Source: an uncultured bacterium (GTDB taxonomy: Bacteria > UBP7 > UBA6624). From it: a stretch of DNA of 16,150 nucleotides. Shown here piece by piece: positions 6,546 to 14,843 of this stretch. Made by a program: the position numbers and the translations under genes. Under the pieces are notes generated by a model that was not told the origin of the DNA, made no database searches, and saw only the letters and a list, made by a program, of their open reading frames with translations. Every line of letters begins with the position of its first letter. Position 1 is the stretch's first letter. Location of the stretch: positions 1 to 16,150 of the forward strand of contig CAXGSM010000019.1 in assembly GCA_964012435.1 (NCBI GenBank). Direction: 5' to 3'.

Positions 6546-9116
6546 ATGTGGAATAAATTTCATAGTGATTCGAAAAGAGTAATAATAAAAGCTCAAAAGA
6601 TAGCTAAACAACAAAAGTCTGAAGCCCTTGAGCCAACACATCTTTTGATATCTGTTCTTAAAAGTCCAAATTCGAATGCTTACAGGATATTGGAAAACAT
6701 GGGTGCAAAATTGACTGAACTTTTGAGCAAGGTTGAATCCATCATTACAGATGAGGGCAATTCCGATTACGCTGTTTCTTTTTCAAGTGATACTAAAAGA
6801 GTTTTTGAGCTTGCTTATGATGAAAGTAGGCAAATGAAAAAAGCTCAAATAGCAAGCGAGCATATACTTTCAGCAATTTTCAAACATGGAGGATCAGCAG
6901 GCAAGGCCTTGAGGGAAAGTGGGCTTTTTATTGGCGAGCTCCAAGCAGAAGTGTCATCTTTTTATGAGGTGGAAGAAAACGCTCCACCTTCTAGCAAGAA
7001 AGAAAAAAACAAACTTCAAACTCTTGAAAAATTTGCAGAAAACTTAACCTCCCTGGCTAACGAAGGAAAGCTTGACCCTACCATAGGGAGGAAAGCTGAA
7101 ATAGAAAGAATGATTCATATCTTGAATAAAAGAATTAAAAACAACCCTTTGTTAATAGGTGAACCTGGGGTGGGAAAAACTGCAATTGTTGAGGGTTTAG
7201 CGCAGAAAATAATCAATCAAGAGGTTCCTGATAGGCTCAAAGGCAAAAAGGTTTTTTCTTTAGACCTAGCAAGCGTGGTTGCTGGAACTAAATATAGAGG
7301 CGAATTTGAAAATAGAATAAAAAAGATACTAGCAGAAGTCAAAGGCTCCAACGGTAATATTATTCTCTTTATAGATGAGGTTCATACACTTGTTGGAACA
7401 GGTGCTGCAGAAGGTGCAATAGATGCTTCTAACATTTTGAAGCCTGCCTTAGCTAGAGGTGAACTTCATTGCATTGGGGCAACTACATTTGGAGAATATA
7501 GAAAGCATATTGAAAAAAACCCTGCATTAGATAGAAGATTCCAGATAATACAAGTTAGTGAGCCAAGCATAGAAGAGTCAGTTCAAATACTTGAAGGTTT
7601 AAGGTCAAGGTATGAAGAATATCATGGTGTTGAGATAAGTGATAGCGCAATTGATGCAGCTGTTCAATTGAGCAGTAGGTTTATTACCGATAGGTTCTTG
7701 CCGGACAAAGCTATTGACCTTATAGATGAAGCTTCATCCAAGGTAAGGTTAAATCTTTCTACAAGTTCCCCAGAGATGGAAAAAATTAAATCTAAAATCG
7801 ATAAGAAAAGAAAAGATTTCCTTAACGTCGGAAGTGAAATTAAGACTTTAATTGAGGATCTTGAATCTGAAAAAAGAGAAGCAGTTCTGTCAAAAGACCT
7901 TGAAAAAGCATCAATTTTAAGGGAAAGAATAACTGCCCAGCGAGAAAAGCTTGAAACAGAGGATAAAAAAACTTTAAAGATCAAAGAAGATATAAATGAA
8001 CTTGAGGAATCTCTTGAAAAGGAAGAAGAGAACGTTAGGGCTTTGCAAGAGGCATTTGTTGATGATGAAGCTGTAGCTGAAGTTGTTCACATTTGGACTG
8101 GTGTTCCTGTTGCCCGGATAAGTAAATCTGAATCTGAAAGAATTTTAGACATAGATAAATTTATTTCTAAAAGGATTATTGGTCAAAAACATGTTGTTTC
8201 AAAAGTTTCTTCTATATTGAGGAAATCAAAAGCAGGATTGACTGACAGATCAAGACCTCAAGGAAGTTTTTTGTTTCTTGGACCAACAGGTGTAGGAAAG
8301 ACAGAACTTGCTAAAACCGTCGCAGAGTTTTTGTTGGGTGATAGAAAAAAAATCACAAGATTAGACATGTCTGAGTACATGGAGAAACACACCGTAAGCA
8401 GATTGCTTGGAGCTCCTCCTGGTTATGTTGGTTACGATGAGGGGGGCCAGCTTTCTGAAGCTGTAAGAAGACAACCTTATTCAGTTGTTCTTTTTGATGA
8501 AATTGAAAAGGCCCATCCTGATATATTTAATATCCTTTTGCAAATATTAGAAGAAGGTGAATTAACGGACTCACTTGGGCATAAGGTTAATTTTAGAAAT
8601 ACTGTAATTATATTGACAAGCAACACAGGAACTGAAGGCTTGTTTGACACTCCTGATTTAGGCTTTGGGGTTCCAGGTGAGCAAGTTAATTTTGACCATG
8701 ATATATTGAAGAAAAGATTGGAGCAGGAGGCTAGGAAAAGATTTAGACCTGAACTGTTAGGAAGGCTTGATGAGATAGCGGTCTTCGATTCATTAGGAAA
8801 GAATGAAATAATTAACATCATTGATATATTGTTGGTTAATCTAGAAGCAAAATTAAAAGAGAAAGAGTTAAGCTTGCTTGTTGGAGATGAAGCTAAAGAT
8901 TTATTGGCTATTAATGGTTATAGCCCTAGAGAGGGAGCAAGAAAGCTTAGAAGACAGGTTGAGGTAGACCTGGAAGAGCCAATGGCTGAAATAATCTTAA
9001 AGGGAGATGTTCAAAAGCAGGACACAATTGTTGTTTCCACAAATGGCAATGAATTTACATTTGATGTAATCAAATCAATAGAAAAGAAAAAGAAGAAAAA
9101 GGAGAAAAAATCATGA
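6546..9116 (+). CDS. clpC: ATP-dependent Clp protease ATP-binding subunit ClpC
   Basis: Clp N-domain repeats, Walker A GEPGVGKT and GPTGVGKT, Walker B LFIDE and VLFDE, pore loops KYRGEFE and GYVGY, UVR-like middle segment EKREAV..DLEKA..LR, and ClpP-docking LGF loop (PDLGFG). Confidence 0.93.
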   Translation: MWNKFHSDSKRVIIKAQKIAKQQKSEALEPTHLLISVLKSPNSNAYRILENMGAKLTELLSKVESIITDEGNSDYAVSFSSDTKRVFELAYDESRQMKKAQIASEHILSAIFKHGGSAGKALRESGLFIGELQAEVSSFYEVEENAPPSSKKEKNKLQTLEKFAENLTSLANEGKLDPTIGRKAEIERMIHILNKRIKNNPLLIGEPGVGKTAIVEGLAQKIINQEVPDRLKGKKVFSLDLASVVAGTKYRGEFENRIKKILAEVKGSNGNIILFIDEVHTLVGTGAAEGAIDASNILKPALARGELHCIGATTFGEYRKHIEKNPALDRRFQIIQVSEPSIEESVQILEGLRSRYEEYHGVEISDSAIDAAVQLSSRFITDRFLPDKAIDLIDEASSKVRLNLSTSSPEMEKIKSKIDKKRKDFLNVGSEIKTLIEDLESEKREAVLSKDLEKASILRERITAQREKLETEDKKTLKIKEDINELEESLEKEEENVRALQEAFVDDEAVAEVVHIWTGVPVARISKSESERILDIDKFISKRIIGQKHVVSKVSSILRKSKAGLTDRSRPQGSFLFLGPTGVGKTELAKTVAEFLLGDRKKITRLDMSEYMEKHTVSRLLGAPPGYVGYDEGGQLSEAVRRQPYSVVLFDEIEKAHPDIFNILLQILEEGELTDSLGHKVNFRNTVIILTSNTGTEGLFDTPDLGFGVPGEQVNFDHDILKKRLEQEARKRFRPELLGRLDEIAVFDSLGKNEIINIIDILLVNLEAKLKEKELSLLVGDEAKDLLAINGYSPREGARKLRRQVEVDLEEPMAEIILKGDVQKQDTIVVSTNGNEFTFDVIKSIEKKKKKKEKKS

Positions 9117-9646
9117 ATTTTGATTCAAGTAGCTTTGAAATCGGCATGGGTGTTGTCCATCCGGTACATGGAGCGGGAGTTATAAAAAACATAGAGGAGA
9201 TGAGAGTGCCAGGAGGAAAAATTAGAAAATATTTACAAGTTAGTTTGTTTCAAAAGGGACTTACTATAAAAATACCTGCAGAGGGAGAATTGGCTATTAG
9301 GCATTTGGCAAATGACCATCATTTGGAAGAATGTTTAAGGGTTTTAAAAAGCCCTCCAACTGCATTAAAGCAGAGATGGAACAGGGATCATTCTGAAAAT
9401 TTGAAAAAAATTAAAAGTGGTGATTTATCTTTAGTTGCTGAGGTTGCTAGAGATTTGTTGGCAAGGCATAATGATGACCATAGTCGCTTGTCTATACTTG
9501 ACCAAAAGCTTTTATCTGACGTTTGCGAGCAGATAAGAGGTGAAGTTGAATGCTATATGGGCATTCGTGGAGAGAAAAAAGCAAAAATTGAATCTCATAT
9601 GCAGGCTGTTTGTGAGAAGATCATGGAGATAATTGATTTTTCATAG
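9113..9646 (+). CDS. carD: CarD family transcription factor
   Basis: FEIGMGVVHPVHGAGVI Tudor-like N-domain and a C-domain with conserved Trp in RWNRDHSENLKKIKSGDL..VAEVARDL. ATGA overlap with clpC and AAGGAG SD at 9099-9104. Confidence 0.92.
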   Translation: MNFDSSSFEIGMGVVHPVHGAGVIKNIEEMRVPGGKIRKYLQVSLFQKGLTIKIPAEGELAIRHLANDHHLEECLRVLKSPPTALKQRWNRDHSENLKKIKSGDLSLVAEVARDLLARHNDDHSRLSILDQKLLSDVCEQIRGEVECYMGIRGEKKAKIESHMQAVCEKIMEIIDFS

Positions 9647-9706
9647 CCCTGCTAAGTAAGCTGTTTTGCTTGCCTTGATTGAGGCTGTTTTTTTAGGCTA
9701 ATTATT

Positions 9707-10744
9707 TTGAAAAGGCTTTCTATTTTCTTTTATCTGCTCATAGGGCTGATGATAGGCGTAAGAGCAGCGCCTTATCTTTTGAATTCTTTTGGCTTAAATC
9801 AAACGATTGCTTTAAAGAATGCAATTATTGTCTCAATAACAATTCTCTTTGGTTACCTTTCTGCTCCGCTTACAGCTGCATTTAGAAAGTTCAATAGTGA
9901 TTTTATTGCCCAGATATCATCAAGAAGACCTTCAGAAGTTATTTCCGGCATAGTCGGCTTGATTGCAGGTTTAGTTATTTTTTACCTGCTGTTATCCTCC
10001 CTTCATCTTTCAGCCCCTTGGTTGCTAAGTGGAGAGAATTCAAGCATGTCTCTGACATATCTTGGAGGTTTTTTAATACTTTATTTGTGCGTTTTGACAA
10101 TGGTGGCTGCAGACCCTTTATCAAGCTTGATAAAAAGTGGTCCAAAACAATTTGGTAAAGCAAAAATTCTTGATTCAAATGTTTTGATTGACAGAAGAAT
10201 ACACATGGTTTTAAATTCAGGATTTTTAGAAGGACCGATTCTTATTCCCAACTCTGTAATTAATGAAATTCACCTACTTGCAGACAATACGAATCCGGAA
10301 AAAAGGTTAAGAGGGAAAAGGGGTCTTGAATGTCTTAATGATCTACTTAACGACAAACAGCTTTACGTTAGGGTTTTAGAGGAAAAGATTAAAATTAAAT
10401 CAGATACAGATTCACATTTGGTTTTTTTGGCCGAGACTATAAAAGCAGATTTAATTACAAATGATTTAAACTTAAACCATGTAGCCAAAATGAAAGGTAT
10501 AAGGGTTTTGAATTTAAATGAACTTACATTATCGTTAAGGCCTCATTTTACTGCTGGTGAGAAGTTTGAACTTAAGATAACAAGAGAAGGAAACGAAAAG
10601 AATCAAGGTGTTGGGCACCTGCCTGATGGGACTATGGTGGTTGTTGAAGGCGGCCTTAAGTGCATGGGTAAAAAAATAGATGTAACAGCAAAATCTGTCC
10701 TTCAAACGGAGGCTGGGCAAATTGTCTTTGCAAGACCGGCTTGA
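9707..10744 (+). CDS. Membrane PIN/TRAM-domain protein (YacL-like)
   Basis: About four N-terminal TM helices, PIN motifs KILDSNVLID.RI, RG.RGLE.L and LITND.NL, and TRAM motifs QGVG.L.DGTMVVVE and SVLQT.AG. TTG start is uncertain. Confidence 0.9.
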   Translation: MKRLSIFFYLLIGLMIGVRAAPYLLNSFGLNQTIALKNAIIVSITILFGYLSAPLTAAFRKFNSDFIAQISSRRPSEVISGIVGLIAGLVIFYLLLSSLHLSAPWLLSGENSSMSLTYLGGFLILYLCVLTMVAADPLSSLIKSGPKQFGKAKILDSNVLIDRRIHMVLNSGFLEGPILIPNSVINEIHLLADNTNPEKRLRGKRGLECLNDLLNDKQLYVRVLEEKIKIKSDTDSHLVFLAETIKADLITNDLNLNHVAKMKGIRVLNLNELTLSLRPHFTAGEKFELKITREGNEKNQGVGHLPDGTMVVVEGGLKCMGKKIDVTAKSVLQTEAGQIVFARPA

Positions 10745-11351
10745 TATTGACTTAATAATAGTTGCTGCTGGAAGCGGAGAGAGGTTTGGCTCAAGGAAAG
10801 CTTTCTTAAATGTGCGTGGAAAAACTCTAATACAAAGATCAATAGACTTTTTTGGTAATGGCTGGAATAGCGTAACAATCGTTTCTCATCCTTCTGACGT
10901 TTCAAAGTTAACTGAAAGTGTTAATGAAAAAGTACAAATAATAAGCGGAGGAGAGTCAAGAGCTGATTCGGTAAAAAGAGGGATAATGCAAGGTTCTGCT
11001 AGTTTTGTTATGGTTCATGATGTTGCTAGACCATTTATTCCAGACGATGCCATTAACAAACTTATTAATGCTGTTAAAAAGGGATATAAAGCCGCGACCT
11101 TGGTAAGAGCGGTTTCAAGTTCCGTATGTCGAATTAGTGAAAAAATTGAAAATGTATCCAGGGATAATCTTTTTGAGATACAAACACCGCAAATATTCGA
11201 AAGAACTTTGCTGTTAAGTTTGATGGGTAGTGATGTAACTGAGGAAACTTCACTTTTCTTAAATGCTGGACATGATGTAAAAATGATTCATACAAATTCA
11301 CCTAATCCGAAAATAACATGGAAAGAGGATCTGGATTTAATCAATGCTTGA
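10722..11351 (+). CDS. ispD: 2-C-methyl-D-erythritol 4-phosphate cytidylyltransferase
   Basis: Motifs AAGSGERFG..K.F, GG.SR..SV, VHDVARPF, QTPQIF and N.KIT..EDL. TTG 10722 is supported by GGAGG at 10708-10712. Directly followed by ispF. Confidence 0.9.
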   Translation: MSLQDRLDIDLIIVAAGSGERFGSRKAFLNVRGKTLIQRSIDFFGNGWNSVTIVSHPSDVSKLTESVNEKVQIISGGESRADSVKRGIMQGSASFVMVHDVARPFIPDDAINKLINAVKKGYKAATLVRAVSSSVCRISEKIENVSRDNLFEIQTPQIFERTLLLSLMGSDVTEETSLFLNAGHDVKMIHTNSPNPKITWKEDLDLINA

Positions 11352-11832
11352 TCCATCTGTTCGTATAGGTCATGGCTGGGATAGGCACCAGCTACAGGAA
11401 GGCAGAACTTTGGTTTTAATGGGTGTTGTTGTAGATTCTAGACACGGCCCTGTAGCACACAGTGACGGAGACGTTGTTTCTCATGTGGTAAGTGATGCAA
11501 TACTGGGAGCTCTTTCGTGTGGTGATATAGGCAAGGTTTTTCCTGATGATAAGAATTGGACAAGAAACATTAGTGGAACAGAGCTTCTTCAAAGAACACT
11601 AGAGCATGTTAGAAAAGCAAATAAAGTAAAGATTACCCAGGTCGATGTCATCATTAAGCTTGAAGAGCCAAAGCTCTCTCCTTACCTTGGAATCATAGAA
11701 GAAAGACTTTCTTTAATACTGGAAACTAAAAATGTCAGGGTTACAGCAAGGCATGGCGAGGGTGTAGGTGCGATTGGCAGAAAAGAATGCATAGATGCAA
11801 CTTCCGTAGTTCTTGTTGAAATAGCAGGTTGA
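11344..11832 (+). CDS. ispF: 2-C-methyl-D-erythritol 2,4-cyclodiphosphate synthase
   Basis: Motifs RIGHGWD.H, HSDGDV..H...DAILGA, GDIG..FPD and PKLSPY. Confidence 0.92.
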   Translation: MLDPSVRIGHGWDRHQLQEGRTLVLMGVVVDSRHGPVAHSDGDVVSHVVSDAILGALSCGDIGKVFPDDKNWTRNISGTELLQRTLEHVRKANKVKITQVDVIIKLEEPKLSPYLGIIEERLSLILETKNVRVTARHGEGVGAIGRKECIDATSVVLVEIAG

Positions 11833-11835
11833 GTT

Positions 11836-12156
11836 TTGATTTACAAAATAGTAAAAACAACAACAGACAATAAATCTGTAGCTGAAAAAATAATAAAAGA
11901 AGTCACCTCTAACGCTTTTTCTCCATGTGCTCAGGTCATCGACGCTGACGGATGTGAATCAAGTTATCTTTGGAAGGGCAAGTTGGAAACAGAAAAAGAG
12001 TTTGTCTTAGAGATCAAAACAAATTCTAAATTTTTAAAAAATGTAGTCAAGGTAATAAAAAAATATCATAATTATGATACTCCTGAAATTATTTCTTATG
12101 ATTTTGAAATACTTTCCGAGAAATATGAAAAATGGTTTCATGAAAATCTAGAATAG
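11836..12156 (+). CDS. cutA: Divalent-cation tolerance protein CutA
   Basis: 106 aa with CAQV, S.Y.WKGKLE...E..L.IKT and HNYDTPEII. TTG start preceded by AGGT. Confidence 0.9.
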   Translation: MIYKIVKTTTDNKSVAEKIIKEVTSNAFSPCAQVIDADGCESSYLWKGKLETEKEFVLEIKTNSKFLKNVVKVIKKYHNYDTPEIISYDFEILSEKYEKWFHENLE

Positions 12157-12161
12157 CAATT

Positions 12162-12767
12162 ATGAGAATAACTGAAAAACAACTGGGATACATTAAAGGT
12201 TTATTAAAGCAAACAAAATTGTCAATGGACGAGATTTTAAATGGAAAGAAGCTTGAAGATTTAAACATTAAAGAAGCAAGTTTGGTTATTGAAACACTTT
12301 TGAAATCTAATCCGAAATCTAAAAGCAAAAAAAATCAAAATACAGATGGCACATTAGAGCCAATAAGGATACATTTTGATGGAGGCTCTTCCCCAAATCC
12401 TGGCCATGGTGCTTCAGCTGCAGTTTTCATAGCTAACAATAAAGTAATCGATACGGAAGCAGAATATCTAGGAGATGGTATTACAAATAACTTTGCAGAA
12501 CTTACAGCGATGAAGTTAGCATTCAATCTTTATAAGAGACATGTTTGTGATTATGAAAAAATAACGATTTATAGCGATTCGACTTATGCTATTGGCTGTG
12601 TTGATGGAAGTTATAAAAAAATAAAAAAGAATAAGGAGATTATTTTTGACTTAAAACTTTCTTTTTCAGAGATGAAAACTGATTTGGTTCATGTTTTAAG
12701 GGATAAGAACACTATAGCTGATGAGCTTGTCAACAAAATAAGGGATGAACATTTAAATGAAAATTAA
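12162..12767 (+). CDS. Ribonuclease HI family protein with an extra N-terminal helical module
   Basis: RNase H acidic tetrad in FDGGSSPNPG, TNNFAE, YSDS and HV.R..N..ADELVN. About 65 extra N-terminal residues (ITEKQLGYIKGLL...LNIKEASLVIETL) followed by a Lys-rich linker. Confidence 0.85.
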   Translation: MRITEKQLGYIKGLLKQTKLSMDEILNGKKLEDLNIKEASLVIETLLKSNPKSKSKKNQNTDGTLEPIRIHFDGGSSPNPGHGASAAVFIANNKVIDTEAEYLGDGITNNFAELTAMKLAFNLYKRHVCDYEKITIYSDSTYAIGCVDGSYKKIKKNKEIIFDLKLSFSEMKTDLVHVLRDKNTIADELVNKIRDEHLNEN

Positions 12768-14835
12768 ATTTTATTTTTTTGTTCTTTTGTTCTCAGTTTG
12801 CTTGAGTTCATGTGCAAAAAAAGTTAATGTTGCTGATATTGTTGACGGTGTTGGCAAGGCTATAGAGGTAGCAGAAAAAAAAGAAGAGCCAAAAAGAATT
12901 TTGGTCTTCTCCAAAACAGCCGGTTATAGACATGGTGCTATAGAGGGTGCTATAGAAGCTTTTCCATCTTTTTTCAAGCCTGAGAAATGGAACTTACTAT
13001 TTACTGAAGATTCTTCAATCTTCAATAAGGATCTTTCGATTAATTTTGATGCTGTTTTTTTTCTGAACACAACAGGCGATGTTTTGAATGACTTGGAACA
13101 AGAATATTTTAAAAATTATATTAACAATGGTGGAGCCTACTTGGGAATTCATTCTGCTGCAGACACTGAATATGACTGGGAATGGTACGGAAAGCTCGTT
13201 GGAGCGTATTTTGCTGGTCATGAAGAAATAAAAGAAGGAACCGTTTCCATCCTGGATGACTCTCACCCATCAACCAAACACTTAGAGGAAAGGTGGAAGA
13301 AGGTTGATGAGTGGTATGACTACGATCACAATCCAAGAGGGGAGGTTCATGTTCTTGCAGTTGTTGATCAAGGAAGAATGGGCCCAGACCATCCAATAAC
13401 ATGGTGTCATAATTATGATGGAGGCCGTTCTTTCTATACCGGAATGGGCCACACTGAAGAAACCTATACGAATCAAGAATTTCAAAAACTTCTTTTAGGA
13501 GCTGCAGAATGGCTTGTAGGTTTGAAAGATGGCGATTGTGAGGCAGGCCTGGCAGTTAATTACACGAGAGAAATAATAGCAACTGACATTGAAGGAGCAA
13601 CAGAGTTAGATGTTGCATCAAATGGTGATGTTTACTTTATAGAAAGATTTGGTAAATTAAAAAAAGTGGATTCTGAAACTGGTGAAATTAATGAATTGGG
13701 CACTGTTGATGTTTTTACAGGCATAGACAATGGTCTTGAGTATGGCTTGCTTGGAATGGCATTGGATCCAGATTTTGAAAACACAAGACATATCTACGTT
13801 TACTATTCACATCCAACAGAAAGTCATCAAACTTTATCTAGGTTTGAAGTTGCAGATGGGAAACTGGATATTGATTCTGAGATTTCTGTACTAAAGGTTG
13901 AAAGCCAAAGGGAGACATGCTGTCATGCTGGCGGTTCTGTTGAATTTGATAGACATGGAAACCTCTATCTTTCAACAGGAGATGACACGAATCCTTTTGC
14001 TTCAGATGGATTTAGCCCAATCGATGAAACTGATGGAAGGAAACCATGGGATGCTGCAAGATCTTCAGGCAACACAAATGATCTAAGAGGAAAGATATTG
14101 AGAATAAAGCCTTTAGAGGATGGAGCTTATGAAATTCCAGAAGGAAATCTTTTTTCACCAGATGTTGGAAGACCTGAAATATATGTAATGGGCAACAGAA
14201 ACCCTTACAGGATATCAATCGACCAAGAAAACAATTATCTTTATTGGGGGGAGATTGGTCCAGATGCTAGTGAGGACAATGACAATAGGGGTCCAATGGG
14301 TTATGACGAAATCAACCAGGCAAGAATGGCAGGCAATTATGGTTGGCCTTTTTGCATTGCAAATAATAAACCTTACAGAAGCTATGATTTTGAAAATAAA
14401 ATTTCTTCTGATTATTTTGATTGTGAGAATTTGAAGAACAGCTCAATAAACAATACAGGATCAATTGATATACCAGCTGCAAATGAAGCTTTTATTTGGT
14501 ACCCTTATTCTCAATCTGAAGAATTTCCCTTGTTTTCGGGAGGGGGCAGGTCGGCAATGGCCGGACCTGTTTATCATTACAAGGGACAAGGTTTTCCTGA
14601 ATATTATGAGAATGTACTTTTTATTTATGAATGGTCTAGGTTCTGGGTCAGAGAGGTTCATCTGGATTCAAACAATGAAGTCCTTCATATAAATGACTTT
14701 TTACCAAATGAAGATTTTTTGCGTCCTGTAGATATGGTTTTTGACGATCAAGGAAATCTTTATATTCTTGAGTATGGCCAGAGCTGGTATGGTTATGAGG
14801 ATTCAAAAATATCAAAGATAAGCTATAAGCAATGA
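12757..14835 (+). CDS. Lipoprotein with ThuA-like domain + PQQ-dependent glucose/sorbosone dehydrogenase (GSDH) beta-propeller
   Basis: Signal peptide with lipobox LSS-C19. ThuA motifs LVFSKTAGYRH, FLNTTGD, GIHSAADTEYDW, DEWY and YTGMGH. GSDH motifs GLLGMALDPDF, CCHAGG, NDLRGKILRI, G.RNPYR, DEIN and GNYGWP. Confidence 0.88.
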   Translation: MKIKFYFFVLLFSVCLSSCAKKVNVADIVDGVGKAIEVAEKKEEPKRILVFSKTAGYRHGAIEGAIEAFPSFFKPEKWNLLFTEDSSIFNKDLSINFDAVFFLNTTGDVLNDLEQEYFKNYINNGGAYLGIHSAADTEYDWEWYGKLVGAYFAGHEEIKEGTVSILDDSHPSTKHLEERWKKVDEWYDYDHNPRGEVHVLAVVDQGRMGPDHPITWCHNYDGGRSFYTGMGHTEETYTNQEFQKLLLGAAEWLVGLKDGDCEAGLAVNYTREIIATDIEGATELDVASNGDVYFIERFGKLKKVDSETGEINELGTVDVFTGIDNGLEYGLLGMALDPDFENTRHIYVYYSHPTESHQTLSRFEVADGKLDIDSEISVLKVESQRETCCHAGGSVEFDRHGNLYLSTGDDTNPFASDGFSPIDETDGRKPWDAARSSGNTNDLRGKILRIKPLEDGAYEIPEGNLFSPDVGRPEIYVMGNRNPYRISIDQENNYLYWGEIGPDASEDNDNRGPMGYDEINQARMAGNYGWPFCIANNKPYRSYDFENKISSDYFDCENLKNSSINNTGSIDIPAANEAFIWYPYSQSEEFPLFSGGGRSAMAGPVYHYKGQGFPEYYENVLFIYEWSRFWVREVHLDSNNEVLHINDFLPNEDFLRPVDMVFDDQGNLYILEYGQSWYGYEDSKISKISYKQ

Positions 14836-14843
14836 ATTTTAAA

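Noticed and set aside
6546..9116. ClpB assignment based on 856-aa length and long middle region
   Set aside because: The LGF ClpP-binding loop, UVR-like tip and carD/yacL/ispDF context indicate ClpC.
9707..12767. Toxin-antitoxin, retroelement or defence system suggested by PIN and RNase H domains (and RmuC upstream)
   Set aside because: The PIN protein is the membrane YacL type in its usual ispDF context. No antitoxin, reverse transcriptase, integrase or terminal repeats are visible.
169..14692. Other short antisense or alternate-frame ORFs in the track (e.g. 169-453, 850-1167, 5686-6156, 7664-7984, 8477-8821, 13015-13485, 13898-14692)
   Set aside because: All lie within well-supported genes and show no recognisable motifs. 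They are shadow ORFs.
1138..14835. Alternative genetic code (TGA reassigned)
   Set aside because: TGA ends dsbD, mccA, clpC, PIN/TRAM and ispF at expected C-termini, often in ATGA overlaps. Conserved Trp positions use TGG, and genes are intact under the standard code.
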